Shown in pieces: positions 62,215-64,000 of a stretch of DNA of 64,000 nt; positions within the stretch are counted from its first letter, which is position 1, and each line of letters begins with the position of its first letter. Both the position numbers and the translations under genes were made by a program. The notes beneath the pieces were generated by a model. That model worked only from the letters and a program-made list of their open reading frames with translations. It ran no database searches and was not told the origin of the DNA. Source of the DNA: Octopus bimaculoides (lineage: Eukaryota); assembly GCF_001194135.2 (NCBI RefSeq), contig NC_069002.1, forward strand, positions 4,882,511 through 4,946,510, written 5' to 3'.

Positions 62215-62790
62215 CACAGGTGTGGGTGTGTGGTAAGAAGGTTGCTTCCCAACCACATGGTTCCAGGTTCAGTCCCACTGTGTGATATCATGGGCAAGTG
62301 TTTTCTACTGTAGCCTCGGGCCGACCAAAGCCTTGTGAGTGGATTTGGTAGACAGAAACTGAAAGAAGCCCATTGCATATGTATATGTATGTATGTATGT
62401 TTGTGTGTGTGCTTATGTCCCTGTAACTTGGTGGTTCAGCAAAAGAGACCGATGGAATAAGTCCTGTGGTCGTTTTGATTGACCAAATGTGGTGTTCCAG
62501 TATGGCCGCAGTCAAATGACTGAAACAAAAGAAAGAAAGAAAGAAAAACTGTGTGCTTGTATCTCCTTGTCTTGACATCACATGATAGCTGTAAATGAGT
62601 GTCACTGTTATACAAGCAGTGTCTTTAGTTTCCAGTGTTCCGTGAAAACCTGTCTGGCCATGGGGAGCCACTACGTTGCTTGGAAACAGGTGAGGGTTGG
62701 CTACAGGAAGGACATCTGTTGGTCGAATATCCACCTCAGCCAAATTCTATCCAACGCATGTGAGCATGGTTAAATGAACATACAAACAAT
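62215..62790 (+). mobile_element. SINE family A carrying tail 1 followed by tail 2
   Basis: Head 62226-62370, tail 1 ~62410-62530, tail 2 ~62555-62790. Confidence 0.75.
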
Positions 62791-62794
62791 GATG

Positions 62795-63125
62795 ATGTAT
62801 ATAATCCTTTACTTGTTTCAGCCATTAGACTGTGGCCATGCTGGGGTACTGCCTTGAATTTTTAATTGAATGAATCGATCCCCAGTACTTTTTTTTTTTA
62901 AAGCCTGGTACTTATTCTACTGGTCTCTTTTGCTGAACCACTAAGTTATGAGGACATAAACAGACCAACACCATTTGGCAAGCAGTGGTAGGACACACAC
63001 ACACATATGACAAACTTCTTTCAGTTTCCGTCTACCAAACCCTCTTGCAAGGCTTTAATTGGCCCAAGGGTGCAGTGGAAGACACTTGCTTGGGACTGAA
63101 CCTGGAACCATGTGGTTGGGAATAT
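62795..63125 (-). mobile_element. SINE family A, inverted relative to the preceding copy
   Basis: Reverse-complement tail 1 and head. Confidence 0.75.
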
Positions 63126-63416
63126 AACTTTTTGGCATTTAAATTGAATAAATGGAAAAAAGGAAAGAGTTTATCAGATTTGATTCAGCTGATGACTCAG
63201 TAAATGAATTAATATTTGAATATATATATACATATATGATGGCAGAAACATGTGACTTGAGGGGTTTATGAAAGTGGTTTAAAAAAATTTTTCTAAATTT
63301 TATTGATAAAATTTTATTGATGCAGAGAGACATTTTGAAGGGTTTATATGTGCAGGTGTGTGGGCATGCATATGTATGTACACACAGTATCTGTGTGTGT
63401 GTGTGTGAGCATCTGT

Positions 63417-63451
<35 letters not shown>

Positions 63452-64000
63452 TGATAATGAGCAGAAGAAAGAATGTTTGATACTGAAAGTAGACTGTAAG
63501 CAATTTTTTAGATTCGGTCAGCTGGAACCAAAACTGGCTGCCAGAACCTTTTGCTGCATGTGGCACATGAATCTATTTGTGTGTGTGTGTGTGTATAAAT
63601 TTCGCTCTTTCTCTCCTCTCTCGCATAGGCACATAAACACATTTTTGTATGTGTATATATGTATGTATATCTATATGTATGTATGTATGTATGTGTATGC
63701 AAGTGTTTATGTATATGAAATATCCATGTGCATGTCTGTACACACGTGTACATAAATGCACTGTACCCTACTCACTGTGTGTTTCACAATTTCACTGAAT
63801 CATTTCCGATAATTCACGTGCATGCAATTCCGCTATTTCACGCTCATGCTAAAATAATAACAAAAAGAAAAAAGAAAGAAAAAAAAGAGGGAAATATCTA
63901 ATAAACCTAAAAAGACTTGACGATATTTTATTTACCCTATTCTTACTAATCTGATGTGGCACGGTAGATTCACAGTTCTTTTGACCCAGCTTCACTTCAC

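Overview
AT-rich, microsatellite- and SINE-dense metazoan genomic DNA with seven assembly gaps (~3.8 kb of N). The repeat families resemble octopus (coleoid cephalopod) elements; this species assignment is inference. The only protein-coding gene I can support is the 5' part of a + strand PP2A B55 regulatory subunit gene (PPP2R2/twins family). Coding exon 1 is ATGGCGG (9920-9926), exon 2 is 11679-11747 and exon 3 is 50948-51045. They splice in frame to [58 protein letters not shown]. Intron 2 is 39.2 kb, and I did not find exon 4 in the window. The rest is intronic or intergenic: a decayed L1/Tx1-clade ORF2, RTE LINE 3' ends, several tRNA-derived SINE families, piggyBac-like and MULE-like MITEs, a 28-bp minisatellite and many microsatellites. 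Nearly all ORFs in the supplied track are microsatellite, gap or repeat artefacts. Most interesting unexplained signals: (1) an ~11 kb CpG-retaining domain inside intron 2 holding candidate alternative N-terminal exons in the correct phase for exon 3; (2) a 5'UTR uORF/hairpin whose 3' arm can alternatively pair with the main start codon; (3) several long or perfect intronic inverted repeats that could form dsRNA. No CRISPR array, rRNA or genuine tRNA gene was seen. Repeat boundaries are approximate and were read by eye.
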